The notes beneath the pieces were generated by a model. It had not been told where the DNA came from and ran no database searches. It saw only the letters and a program-made list of their open reading frames with translations. Made by a program: the position numbers and the translations under genes. From Acidimicrobiales bacterium (GTDB lineage: Bacteria > Actinomycetota > Acidimicrobiia > Acidimicrobiales > JAHEJN01), in NCBI GenBank assembly GCA_024638845.1, contig JAHEJN010000005.1, positions 8,468 through 72,467 on the forward strand: a stretch of DNA of 64,000 bases. The letters run 5' to 3'. This document shows, piece by piece, positions 9,716 through 19,245 of the stretch; position 1 is the first letter of the stretch; each line of letters starts with the position of its first letter.

Positions 9716-10735
9716 TCAGCGGCGACGGAGATACCGGGTCAGCGCGGTGGCCCCGGCCGCGACCCCTGCCACCGCGGAGACCGCACCGCCGAGCGCAAGC
9801 TGTTGGCGGCGCTTCGGGCTCATCATCGCCCACGGCTTGGCGGGGAACGTGTCGACGATGGCCTGCTCGGTGGTGAACTGGGGCTTGAAGCCGGCCGCAG
9901 CGAGACGTCCGTTGGCGACCACCCACGGGTGCATCGTGTAGGCCACTACACCTGGCGGGGTCTGCGCCAGCCGGTACCGCCACCGAAAGGAGGCGACGCT
10001 TCCCGCGAGGCGCTCCGACACGCGCAGTCGTGGTGGCGACCCCTCGAGCGCCCTCGCCGTCTCGGCGTCGATCCATCCGTCGGGAGCCACGTTGTAGGCG
10101 CCCTCGAGTGGCCCCTCGACGGCCAGCACGACCGCATCCCGGAGGTCGTCGAGGTGCAGGTACTGCACCGGGGGCGCTTCGCCTTCGACACTGAGCGCTC
10201 CAGCCGAACGCATGGCCTGGGAGACCCAACTGACCTCGCCGGCGGCTCCGGCGACGGTCGGACGCAGCACGACGACCTCGTTGCCGTCGTCGAGGCTGCC
10301 CCATTCGCAGACCAGCCGCTCCTCTTCGGCCTTGGCGGTGGCGAAGGCGAACTCCGGGTTCGGACGCAGCGGTGCCTGCTCGGTGATCGGCAGGGGATTC
10401 GTCGGCCACGCGCCGTACACCATCGCGCTGGAGAGCAACACGATGCGGCGAATGCCGGAGTTGTCCGCGGCCGCCACCAGCCGCCGAGTGGTCTCCAGAT
10501 CGATGCGAGCAGACGCGTCGGCTTCGTGAACACCGTCGAAAGCCGAGGCGAGGTGGACGACGACGTCGGTATCGGCGATGGCCTCGGCGATGTCACCGTC
10601 GACCAGATCGAGCTGCTCGATGCCCGGCGCGGCGATCACGTCGAGCGCGAGAACAACGTGGCCACGGGCTTCGAGCGCCTCGACGACACGGACTCCCAGG
10701 CGCCCGGCGGCGCCGGTGACGGCGACCGTGGTCAC
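9716..10735 (-). CDS. NAD-dependent epimerase/dehydratase (extended SDR)
   Basis: VAVTGAAGRLG Rossmann motif, VVHLA, LLSSAMVYG; FATAK at the YxxxK position; hydrophobic C-terminus. Confidence 0.85.
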   Translation of the reverse strand: MTTVAVTGAAGRLGVRVVEALEARGHVVLALDVIAAPGIEQLDLVDGDIAEAIADTDVVVHLASAFDGVHEADASARIDLETTRRLVAAADNSGIRRIVLLSSAMVYGAWPTNPLPITEQAPLRPNPEFAFATAKAEEERLVCEWGSLDDGNEVVVLRPTVAGAAGEVSWVSQAMRSAGALSVEGEAPPVQYLHLDDLRDAVVLAVEGPLEGAYNVAPDGWIDAETARALEGSPPRLRVSERLAGSVASFRWRYRLAQTPPGVVAYTMHPWVVANGRLAAAGFKPQFTTEQAIVDTFPAKPWAMMSPKRRQQLALGGAVSAVAGVAAGATALTRYLRRR

Positions 10736-10790
10736 CTGAGGACTCCGGCGGGGGGCGCAGCGGCATCGTTCATTCCAATACGATGCCCTT

Positions 10791-11978
10791 GTGGCCGACT
10801 CGAATCCACCCGACGGGCCCTTTGGTGGCCTTCCGTTCTTCGGCGATCTGTCGAAGCTCTTCTCCGGCGCCTCCGCCGGTCCCTGGGAGATCGCCAAGCA
10901 GCTGGCCGCCCAGATCGCCACCAACGACGAGTCCGAGGCCAATGTCGATCCCATCGAGCGGCTGGCGATCGAACAGCTCGTGCGGGTGGCAGAGCTCCGG
11001 GTGAACGATGTCACCGGCCGAACGATCGGCGGCGCCGAGGGGCTCCACACCGAGATCACGAACCGTGCCGGTTGGGCGATACGAACCGTCGCTGACTACC
11101 AGCCACTGTTGCAGGGCTTGTCCGATGCGTTGGCTCGACCGCCACAAGCCATGCCCGACGAGGCTGCCGATGACCCCATGGCCGGCATGTTCACCGCAGT
11201 GTTCGGCATGCTCGGACCGATGATGCTCGGCTTCACGTCGGGCTCGATGGTCGGCCACCTCGCCCAGCGCTCGCTCGGTGGCTACTCCCTGCCGATACCG
11301 CGCCCCGCCGGTGCTCCGTTGCTGTTGTCGCTGCCGGCGATCGACCAGCTCGTCGACGAGTGGTCGCTCGATCGCAACGACGTCCGCCTCTGGACGTGTC
11401 TGCACGAGGTGGCAGCTCATGCTGTGCTCAGCGTGCCGCACATCCACCACGAGCTGACGTCGTTGCTCACCGGCTACGTCGGTGCCTTTCAGGCCGACTC
11501 GAGTGCGCTCGAGGAGCAGATCGGGTCACTCGATCTCAGCGATCCGGCGTCGCTCGCCGGCCTCCAGGAACGGTTGGGGGATCCCGACGTCATCCTCGGC
11601 GCCCTCAACTCCCCCGAGCAACGCAGCCTTCAACCTGCCTTGGCCGCCCTCACCGCGGTGGTGGTCGGGGTCACCGACCACCTCGTCGAGCGGATCGGAA
11701 CCGATCTCATCGGCACCCACGCACAGATCACCGAGGCCATCCACCGTCAGCGCGTGTCGGCGGGAGCCTCCGACCGGTTCGTCGAGCGACTGCTCGGACT
11801 CGAGCTCGATCAGGCGCAGTACGACCGCGGCGCAGCGTTCGTTCGCGGGGTACAGGACCGCGAGGGCGATGCCGGGCTGTTCCGTCTGTTCCACTCGAAG
11901 CGCGAGCTGCCCACCGTGGCCGAGGTCGACGCCCCGGGCCTCTGGTTGGCCCGTATCGACCTTCCCGACGACGACTAG
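10791..11978 (+). CDS. Zincin-like DUF2342 family putative metalloprotease
   Basis: GHLAQRSLGGY, LWTCLHEVAAH, QYDRGAAFV, LPTVAEVDAPGLWLARI family motifs. Confidence 0.85.
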   Translation: MADSNPPDGPFGGLPFFGDLSKLFSGASAGPWEIAKQLAAQIATNDESEANVDPIERLAIEQLVRVAELRVNDVTGRTIGGAEGLHTEITNRAGWAIRTVADYQPLLQGLSDALARPPQAMPDEAADDPMAGMFTAVFGMLGPMMLGFTSGSMVGHLAQRSLGGYSLPIPRPAGAPLLLSLPAIDQLVDEWSLDRNDVRLWTCLHEVAAHAVLSVPHIHHELTSLLTGYVGAFQADSSALEEQIGSLDLSDPASLAGLQERLGDPDVILGALNSPEQRSLQPALAALTAVVVGVTDHLVERIGTDLIGTHAQITEAIHRQRVSAGASDRFVERLLGLELDQAQYDRGAAFVRGVQDREGDAGLFRLFHSKRELPTVAEVDAPGLWLARIDLPDDD

Positions 11979-12043
11979 TGCCCTGGTCCTTCCCGACGAC
12001 GACTCGTGCCCGCGTCCTTCCCGACGGCGACTCGTGCCCTAGT
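11960..12043. repeat. Three tandem 28-bp repeats between convergent stop codons
   Basis: ccttcccgacgacgactagtgccctggt / ccttcccgacgacgactcgtgcccgcgt / ccttcccgacggcgactcgtgccctagt at 11960, 11988 and 12016. Confidence 0.9.
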
Positions 12044-13592
12044 CGTCCCACAGGGGCAGCTGTTCCTCGGAATCGCCGGCCGCTTCCATCGCCGTCGGGT
12101 CGGCACCGGGCCCACGCGCCATGTCGTCGGCCGGACCGGAGTGCCCGGGCTCGTTGGTCCAACCGGTCGGCATGCGCACCGCCGAGCGCAGATTCATCTG
12201 AGGATACGACGGCCGCAGATCGTCGTCGTCGAGCTCGATCGGTGCCTCTGAGGGGTCGTGACGAGGTCGCCGCGGCACCGCGGTGCCGGTGCCACCGCCG
12301 CGCGACCCGAGGAAGTACGTGACCGCCGCCACCAGGGCGGCGACGGCGATGACGAAGAAGCCGAACCCCGCCGGCGTCTTGACGACGACGGGCAACAGCG
12401 CACCGATGACCCAATACACCTGGAAGCGCGTCTCGAACCGTGCGAAGGAGCGGCCGTAGTTGGCGTCGGGCGCATCACGCTGGACGATCGAATCGAACGC
12501 CAGCTTGCCTCCGCTCGCGGCCACGCCGACCGACATCGACACGAGAGCCGCGGCGGTGAGATCACCCGCCCAGGCACCGAACAACCCCATGATCACCAAC
12601 AAGACGAGTGAGCCGAGCAGGATGTTCTCCTCGGGCGTCGAGCGGCGCAACCTGGGCGCAAGCACCGAACCCGCGAGCATGCCCAGGACGTTGAAACCGA
12701 CGACGACGCCGAGTTGCCAGGCAGGAACACCACCCTCGCTGCCCACGTCGAAGCCGAACGCATTGCGGGCGGCTGCACCGAAGGCAGTGCCGACGCCCGA
12801 GAGATCCACGCCGTCGGTTCCGCCCCGGAAGGCGAAGGCAACCAGGAACGTCAGGTAGCCGACGATGCCGCGCAGAATGCCCATGGCGGTGCCGGCCAAA
12901 CGGATGCCGATGCCTCGCAACTCGAGCCGCTCGGTCGAATCGGCGGGGATGGCTGCGACGGCGACCGTCGGGAGCTGGAACGCGGCGAACGACGCGGCCG
13001 CGAAGGCAACCATCGCGAGCGCGACTGCGGCACCGGAGCCGAACAAGAAGCTGGCCAGGGCCGCCGGCGCCGCGCCGACCAACCCGGCCATGCCGGTGAT
13101 GAGCGCGAGGCGCGAGTTGGCCTCGACCAGCTCGTTCTCGTCGCGAACCACCGTGGGAACCAGAGCAGCCTTCGAGATGGCATGGCTCTTGCCCCCCACG
13201 AGAATGGCGAAGGCGAGGGGGAACAACAGCAGCGAGTCGATGTTCGAGATCATCAGCAGCGCGATCACCGCCCGCGCGGCGTTCACCGCCACCATCATCA
13301 GTCGCCGACCTCCTCTCGCTCGGTCGAGGGCAGGCCCGATGAGGGGTCCGACGATGGCGAAGGGCGCAACGGTGAAAGCGAGATACAGGCCCACCCGCCA
13401 TCGCGCGGCACTGGGGTCGATCGAGAAGAACAGCGAGCCGGCGAGGGCAACGGCGATCATCGCGTCGCCGGCGGCACTCAACGCCTGGACACGGGCGAGG
13501 CGGGCGAAGGCCGAGGTGGGCCGGGGCGCGGCGCTGGCCTTCGGGCGATCCGGCGTCTCGAGTCTGCGCCAACCGCTGGAGCTCTGCGTCAC
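12039..13592 (-). CDS. MFS-type membrane transporter
   Basis: About 11-12 hydrophobic helices; GPALDRARGGRR loop motif; ELVEANSR. Confidence 0.8.
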   Translation of the reverse strand: MTQSSSGWRRLETPDRPKASAAPRPTSAFARLARVQALSAAGDAMIAVALAGSLFFSIDPSAARWRVGLYLAFTVAPFAIVGPLIGPALDRARGGRRLMMVAVNAARAVIALLMISNIDSLLLFPLAFAILVGGKSHAISKAALVPTVVRDENELVEANSRLALITGMAGLVGAAPAALASFLFGSGAAVALAMVAFAAASFAAFQLPTVAVAAIPADSTERLELRGIGIRLAGTAMGILRGIVGYLTFLVAFAFRGGTDGVDLSGVGTAFGAAARNAFGFDVGSEGGVPAWQLGVVVGFNVLGMLAGSVLAPRLRRSTPEENILLGSLVLLVIMGLFGAWAGDLTAAALVSMSVGVAASGGKLAFDSIVQRDAPDANYGRSFARFETRFQVYWVIGALLPVVVKTPAGFGFFVIAVAALVAAVTYFLGSRGGGTGTAVPRRPRHDPSEAPIELDDDDLRPSYPQMNLRSAVRMPTGWTNEPGHSGPADDMARGPGADPTAMEAAGDSEEQLPLWDD

Positions 13593-13632
13593 GCGGTCAT
13601 ACTAGAACCCGATCTCGGATCCGGGTTCCCGC

Positions 13633-14343
13633 TCACTCGTCGGCGGCGTACTTGTACCCGAGCCCGCGAATGGTCACGATCCTGGTCGGGGCCGACGGGT
13701 CGTCCTCGATCTTGCTCCGCAAGCGTTTGATGTGCACATCGAGGGTCTTGGTGTCGCCGACATAGTCACTTCCCCACACCCGATCGATGAGCGATTCCCT
13801 GGTGAGCACCCGACCGGCGTTCTCGGCGAGCAGGGTGAGCAGATCGAACTCCTTGAGGGGGAGCGAGATCTCCTCGGCGCCGAGACGAACCTCGTGGCGT
13901 TCGGTGTCGACCAGCAACTCGTCGACCTCGATGACCCCACCCATGCCTTGGGCGGGGAGCGCGTCGGGAGCGGCCACCCCCCGGCGCAGGACGGCTCGCA
14001 TGCGGGCCACCAGCTCGCGGAGACGGTACGGCTTGGTGACGTAGTCGTCGGCCCCGAGCTCGAGACCCACGACCGCATCGATCTCCTCGGTCTTGGCGGT
14101 GACCATGATGATCGGCACGTTCGACGTGGTGCGTATCCGCCGGCACACATCGACACCCGACAGCACCGGCAGCATCACGTCGAGCAGCACGATGTCGGGT
14201 TCGGCGGCATCGAACCGGACCAACGCCTCCCGCCCGTCTCGGGCGATGTCGACGACGAAGCCTTCGCGGGTGAGGCCGATGCGAAGGGCCTCGACGAAGG
14301 ATTCCTCGTCGTCCACCACCAGGACACGGGTGGGCTTCGACAC
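13633..14343 (-). CDS. regX3: OmpR-family response regulator RegX3/PhoP
   Basis: VLVVDDE, LLDVMLP, GADDYVTKP, VWGSDYVGDTKTLDVHIKRLRSKIE. Confidence 0.9.
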   Translation of the reverse strand: MSKPTRVLVVDDEESFVEALRIGLTREGFVVDIARDGREALVRFDAAEPDIVLLDVMLPVLSGVDVCRRIRTTSNVPIIMVTAKTEEIDAVVGLELGADDYVTKPYRLRELVARMRAVLRRGVAAPDALPAQGMGGVIEVDELLVDTERHEVRLGAEEISLPLKEFDLLTLLAENAGRVLTRESLIDRVWGSDYVGDTKTLDVHIKRLRSKIEDDPSAPTRIVTIRGLGYKYAADE

Positions 14344-14345
14344 GT

Positions 14346-15608
14346 TCAGGAGTCCTCTCGCATCGACTCGGCGATCGGTTCATCGGTCGCCGAGAACGCA
14401 ACCGGCATCGTGAGGGTGAACACCGAACCCTCGCCTTCGACCGAGCTCACCGACACCGTGCCGCCGTGGTTCGCCGCAACGTGACGCACGATCGCCAGAC
14501 CGAGCCCGACCCCGCCGTCGCCGGCGTCGCGACGGCGCGACGAGTCGACCCGGTAGAAGCGTTCGAAGACCCGGTCGAGCTCACGGCGGGGAATACCCCG
14601 CCCGGTGTCACGAACCTCGATGACCACCGTGTCGCCGACCGCTCGACTGCGGACGACGACGGTGGCGCCGGGCTCGGAGAACTTGACCGCGTTGTCGATC
14701 AGGTTCGAGACGGCTGAAACCAGTTGGCGCCGGTCGGCCCACATCTCGATGGGGGCGACCGGCCGATTGACGGAGACCTCGACGCGGCGCCTCGACGCCG
14801 CGATGCGGTGGCGGTCGGCGGCTTCGTCGAGCACGTCCTGAACGGCCACGATGTCTCGTTCGGCCCGTTCGTCGTGCTCGATGCGACTGAACTCGAGCAG
14901 GTCTTCGACGGTGCGGCCGAGGCGGAGCACTTCGCGACTGATGCGTTCGCCGAGGCGTCGGACCACCTCGACGTCGCTCTCCCCTTCGAGGGTGTCGGCC
15001 AACAGGCTGATGGCGCCGACCGGGGTCTTCAGCTCATGACCGATGTTGGCCACGAAGTCGCGCCGGATGGCGTCGAGGCGTTGATGGTCGGTGACATCGT
15101 CGATCAGGACCACCGCACCGACCGTTTCGTCGTCGCCGGAGAGCAACGGCAGCGCATGGAGCAGGAGCGACCGGCGGGGCGGGCCGAACAGCACGAGCTC
15201 GTCCTCTCCGGCTTCGCCCCTGCGTGCGCCGTCGAGGAGTTGATTGAGACGACCCTCGACGACCGCATCGCTGTGGCGGGCACCGAAGAACGACGAGGCG
15301 AACGTGTTGGTCAGCACCACCCCACCGTCGGCGTCGACGACCACTGCACCCTGGGTCATCGTGTCGAGCACGAGGGCCAGCCGTCGTTCACGACGCCGAA
15401 CATCGTCGAGCGCGGCGGCGGCGGCTCGAACCCGGAGCGGGAGGCGGGCATCGAGCCGCTGGGTGAGCTCGGCACCGGAGCCACGCGAGTCGAGGTCGAA
15501 GAGCCGGGCCTGGCGGCGAGCGAACTCGGCATGGCGGCGAGTGACGACCACGAGGGCTGCGGCGGTCGAGAGCAGTGCAGCCGCGAGGAGCACCGCCACC
15601 AGCGTCAT
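14346..15608 (-). CDS. senX3: Sensor histidine kinase SenX3/PhoR
   Basis: RRDFVANIGHELKTP H-box, NLIDNAVKFS, FERFYRVD, GVGLGLAI; ATGA overlap with phoU. Confidence 0.9.
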   Translation of the reverse strand: MTLVAVLLAAALLSTAAALVVVTRRHAEFARRQARLFDLDSRGSGAELTQRLDARLPLRVRAAAAALDDVRRRERRLALVLDTMTQGAVVVDADGGVVLTNTFASSFFGARHSDAVVEGRLNQLLDGARRGEAGEDELVLFGPPRRSLLLHALPLLSGDDETVGAVVLIDDVTDHQRLDAIRRDFVANIGHELKTPVGAISLLADTLEGESDVEVVRRLGERISREVLRLGRTVEDLLEFSRIEHDERAERDIVAVQDVLDEAADRHRIAASRRRVEVSVNRPVAPIEMWADRRQLVSAVSNLIDNAVKFSEPGATVVVRSRAVGDTVVIEVRDTGRGIPRRELDRVFERFYRVDSSRRRDAGDGGVGLGLAIVRHVAANHGGTVSVSSVEGEGSVFTLTMPVAFSATDEPIAESMREDS

Positions 15609-16321
15609 CGGGCTTCGGGTTCCTCGGTGCGGGAGAGTCGGACGCGGGCTGCGGCGGCGTGCGCGGGCATCCAACCGTCGACCATGTACCGCACTCGCTC
15701 GCCGATATTCACCGCATGATCGCCGATGCGCTCGTAATACCGGGTGATGAGCGCCAGCTGAATGGCGGCCTGGAGATCGAAGTCACCGGCGGCATGGGCC
15801 TCGAAGATGGCCACCACGCACTCGTACTGGAGGTCGTCGAGGCGATCGTCGATGTCGTCGAGAGCGGCCGCCAGCCCCGCGTTCTTGTCGACGTAGGCGT
15901 CCATCGCCAGGCGGTAGAGGCGAGCCGCCTCCTCGCTCATCTGCACGATGATGCCGCGCAACCGGGGCGAGAACATGGTGGTGCCGTAGATGCGGCGGGC
16001 GCCCTTGGCGATGTTGACGCACAGGTCGGCCGAGCGTTCGATGTGACTGTTGGCCCACAGCGCCGTCACGATCGATCGCAGGTCGGTCGCCATGGGCTGC
16101 TGGAGGGCCAGCATGCTGTAGCAGCTCTCTTCGAGCGCCACCGACATCTCGTCGATCTCGTCGTCCTCGTCGATGATCTCCTGGGCACCGACCAGGTCCA
16201 GGTCGAGCAGGACCTCGGTGACACGGGGAATGAGCTCGGTGACCAGTGCGGCCTCGGCAACGATGCCCGACCGGACGTCCTCGAGGGCCTCGTGGAACGA
16301 CTTGCGAAGTTCTTCGGTCAT
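15605..16321 (-). CDS. phoU: Phosphate signalling protein PhoU
   Basis: LQQPMATDLR, ERSAD, YYERIGDHAVNIGE. Confidence 0.95.
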   Translation of the reverse strand: MTEELRKSFHEALEDVRSGIVAEAALVTELIPRVTEVLLDLDLVGAQEIIDEDDEIDEMSVALEESCYSMLALQQPMATDLRSIVTALWANSHIERSADLCVNIAKGARRIYGTTMFSPRLRGIIVQMSEEAARLYRLAMDAYVDKNAGLAAALDDIDDRLDDLQYECVVAIFEAHAAGDFDLQAAIQLALITRYYERIGDHAVNIGERVRYMVDGWMPAHAAAARVRLSRTEEPEAR

Positions 16322-16335
16322 GGCCGTACCCCTGC

Positions 16336-17220
16336 TCAGCCGAATCGGCCGGTCACGTAGTTCTCGGTGCGCTCATCTGACGGGTTGGAGAAGATCTTCT
16401 CGGTGCGGTCGAACTCGATGAGCTCACCGAATCGTACGCCCGCCTCCTCGTCGACCGCCGCGGTGAAGAAGGCCGTCCGGTCGCTGACCCGCGCCGCCTG
16501 TTGCATGTTGTGGGTCACGATCACGATGGTGTACTCGGCCTTGATCTCCTGCATCAACTCCTCGATGCGGGTCGTCGCGATGGGGTCGAGCGACGAGCAC
16601 GGCTCGTCCATGAGCAGCACATCAGGGTCGACGGCAACGGCGCGGGCGATGCAGAGACGCTGCTGTTGCCCACCGGACATGCCCATGGCCGAGGTCTTGA
16701 GGCGATCCTTCACTTCTTCCCACAGTGCGGCCTTCTTCAGCGAGCTCTCGACGATGTCGTCGAGGTCGGACTTGCTCTTGGCGATGCCGGCCACGCGCGG
16801 TCCGAACGCCACGTTCTCCCAGATGGTCTTGGGGAACGGGTTGGGCTTCTGGAACACCATGCCGATGCGGCGCCGCACCTCGACCGGGTCGACCCGACGG
16901 TCGTACAGATCGACGCCGTGGTACTCGATGGATCCCGCGACGCGAGCCGAGGCGATCAGGTCGTTCATGCGGTTGTAGCAGCGCAACATCGTGGACTTGC
17001 CGCAACCCGACGGCCCGATGATCGCGGTGATCTCGTTTCGGCGCACCTCCATGTTGCAGTGCCGCACGGCCCAGTGGTCGCCGTAGTACACGTCGACATC
17101 GGCGGCGCGCAGCACGATCTGCTCAGCGAGCTGCGCGTTCTCGGCGGCCTCGGTTGTGCTGATGTCGGCCTCGATCCCGTCATCCACGACTTCGTCCATC
17201 GCGAGCTCCTCTGCGTCCAT
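16336..17220 (-). CDS. pstB: Phosphate ABC transporter ATPase
   Basis: [43 protein letters not shown]. Confidence 0.97.
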   Translation of the reverse strand: MDAEELAMDEVVDDGIEADISTTEAAENAQLAEQIVLRAADVDVYYGDHWAVRHCNMEVRRNEITAIIGPSGCGKSTMLRCYNRMNDLIASARVAGSIEYHGVDLYDRRVDPVEVRRRIGMVFQKPNPFPKTIWENVAFGPRVAGIAKSKSDLDDIVESSLKKAALWEEVKDRLKTSAMGMSGGQQQRLCIARAVAVDPDVLLMDEPCSSLDPIATTRIEELMQEIKAEYTIVIVTHNMQQAARVSDRTAFFTAAVDEEAGVRFGELIEFDRTEKIFSNPSDERTENYVTGRFG

Positions 17221-17222
17221 GG

Positions 17223-18218
17223 TCAGCCCCGCTTCTTCTCGAAGCGATTGCGCATGACGATCGCCGCAGAGTTCAACACCAACACCAACACCATCAACAC
17301 CACGATGGCCGCGGCCGCGTGTGACGCGAAATCGAGCCCGGCGCCACCGTCGTCGGAGCCCCCGTTGGCCTTCTTGACCCAGTCGGTGATCACGATCGGC
17401 ATGGCGGTGAATCGGTCGCGCAGCCCGCCGAGGTCGAGGATGCCGGGATCACCGCCGAGTCGGCCCGTGACGGCGCCCACCAGGATGAGCGGAGCAGCCT
17501 CGCCGATGGCCCGCGACAGTGACAGCAGCGTGCCGGTGAGGATGCCGGGGGCGGCGTAGGGCAACACGTGACTCCGGATGACCTCCCACTTCGTTGCGCC
17601 CACGCCGTACCCGCCTTCACGGAGGCTGTCGGGCACGGCGCGGATCGCCTCGGCGGACGTGATGATCACCACCGGGAGAACCAACACGGCAAGGGTGATC
17701 CCCGCCGACACGAGACTGCGGCCTCCGGTGAGGCCACCCGTAGAGCTCGTGCCGCCGAGAAGCTTGACGAAGATCGCCAGGCCCAGCAAGCCGTAGACCA
17801 CCGACGGCACGCCGGCGAGGTTGCGGATATTGAGCTGGATGAAACGGGTGAGTCGCGTATCGGTGGCGTACTCCTCGAGATAGATCGCGGCCGCGATGCC
17901 GATCGGGAAGGCGAGGAATGTGACGAAGATGCCGATCCAGATGGAACCGCGGAGCCCCTGGTGCACGCCGAGCTTTGCATCGCTCGAACGCGATCGGAGG
18001 GTGCCGGAGAGGAAATCGCCCAGACGCTCGGTGAGCACGGTCGAGCCGTCGGTGATCACGTCGAGCAACAACACGACGATGATCAGGAGCGTGAGCAGGA
18101 GACCGAGGAGCAGCAGTGCCCGAAAAACCGTGCCCCTGACGTCGATCCCCCCGGCCGCCAGCCGGCGACGGACCTCGGTCTCGACGCCCCCGGCGTCGCC
18201 CAGCGTGGTGAAGGCCAT
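17223..18218 (-). CDS. pstA: Phosphate ABC transporter permease
   Basis: [32 protein letters not shown]. Confidence 0.95.
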   Translation of the reverse strand: MAFTTLGDAGGVETEVRRRLAAGGIDVRGTVFRALLLLGLLLTLLIIVVLLLDVITDGSTVLTERLGDFLSGTLRSRSSDAKLGVHQGLRGSIWIGIFVTFLAFPIGIAAAIYLEEYATDTRLTRFIQLNIRNLAGVPSVVYGLLGLAIFVKLLGGTSSTGGLTGGRSLVSAGITLAVLVLPVVIITSAEAIRAVPDSLREGGYGVGATKWEVIRSHVLPYAAPGILTGTLLSLSRAIGEAAPLILVGAVTGRLGGDPGILDLGGLRDRFTAMPIVITDWVKKANGGSDDGGAGLDFASHAAAAIVVLMVLVLVLNSAAIVMRNRFEKKRG

Positions 18219-19198
18219 CAGTAGACCTCCCGAACCCGGCGCACGAATCGGTCGGCGATGATGTTGAGCCCGAAGGTGATGACGAACAACACGAGACCGA
18301 CGAAGTACAGACTGGGGAACGTGAGCCCTTCACCGACCACAGCATCGGTACCCGATGCGAGCGAGGCCATCGCGGCCGTCATGGTGAGGCCACCGTCGAT
18401 GGGATTGTCGGTGTAGAGGGCGGTATCGCCCGCGCCGCCGGCGATGAACACCACCATCGTCTCTCCGAGTGCTCTCGACACCGCAACGATCAGCGCGGCG
18501 GCCAGGCCGGAGACGGCCGCGGGCAACACCACCTGGATGCTCGTCGTGACCTTGCGGGCACCGAGGCCGGCCGAGGCCTCGCGCAGAGCATGGGGCACGG
18601 CCTGCATGGCGTCCTCGGAGATCGAGGCGACGAGGGGGATGGTGAGAATGCCGACACCGATCCCTGCGGCCATCAGGTTGCCTCGGTTCGCGCTCTGGAA
18701 CGCGTTCTGCACCAGGTTGGGTGAGATCCACAGCAGAGCAAAGAAGCCGAGCACCACCGACGGGATGCCCGCGAGCACTTCGAGCATGGGCTTGAGGACC
18801 CTACGGACCCGGGGATTGGCGTACTCCGACAAGAATATCGCTGCTCCGAGACCGAGCGGTGTGGCCACGAGCATGGCGATACCGGTGACGATGAGCGACG
18901 CCACGACGAGTGTCTTGATGTCGTAGATCCCGTTGCGGGGGAACCAACCGGTCGACCACACCGCCGACCAGTCGACGTTGACCATGAACTCCCATGCCTC
19001 GAACAGCAAGGAGACGACGATGGCGCCGCTGACCACGACGGAGATCATGGCGGCAGCCAGGAGAACCACTCGCACGGTGCGTTCGCGCCGTGCCCGCTTG
19101 GGTGTGGCCTGGAGATCGCTGAGATCAAGTGGTGGAGGGCTGACCGCATCGCTCATGCCGGGCTCGAATCTAGTCGTGGTGACGGGTCGGAGCGCCAC
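18218..19198 (-). CDS. pstC: Phosphate ABC transporter permease (true start may be ATG 19156)
   Basis: LSEYA, LAGIPSVVLG, SRALGETMVV. Confidence 0.95.
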   Translation of the reverse strand: MALRPVTTTRFEPGMSDAVSPPPLDLSDLQATPKRARRERTVRVVLLAAAMISVVVSGAIVVSLLFEAWEFMVNVDWSAVWSTGWFPRNGIYDIKTLVVASLIVTGIAMLVATPLGLGAAIFLSEYANPRVRRVLKPMLEVLAGIPSVVLGFFALLWISPNLVQNAFQSANRGNLMAAGIGVGILTIPLVASISEDAMQAVPHALREASAGLGARKVTTSIQVVLPAAVSGLAAALIVAVSRALGETMVVFIAGGAGDTALYTDNPIDGGLTMTAAMASLASGTDAVVGEGLTFPSLYFVGLVLFVITFGLNIIADRFVRRVREVY

Positions 19199-19200
19199 CG

Positions 19201-19227
19201 GGGGCCGGACGAAGATGGTCCGACCCC
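19201..19227 (-). terminator. Stem-loop between pstS and pstC (mRNA stabiliser or attenuator)
   Basis: mRNA GGGGUCGGAC-CAUCUUC-GUCCGGCCCC forms a 10-bp stem with one G-U pair; no U-tract. Confidence 0.6.
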
Positions 19228-19245
19228 CACGGCGTCCGTCGGGAT

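Noticed and set aside
11960-12043. 28-bp repeats as a CRISPR array
   Set aside because: Units are directly adjacent with no spacers, only three copies, and no cas genes.
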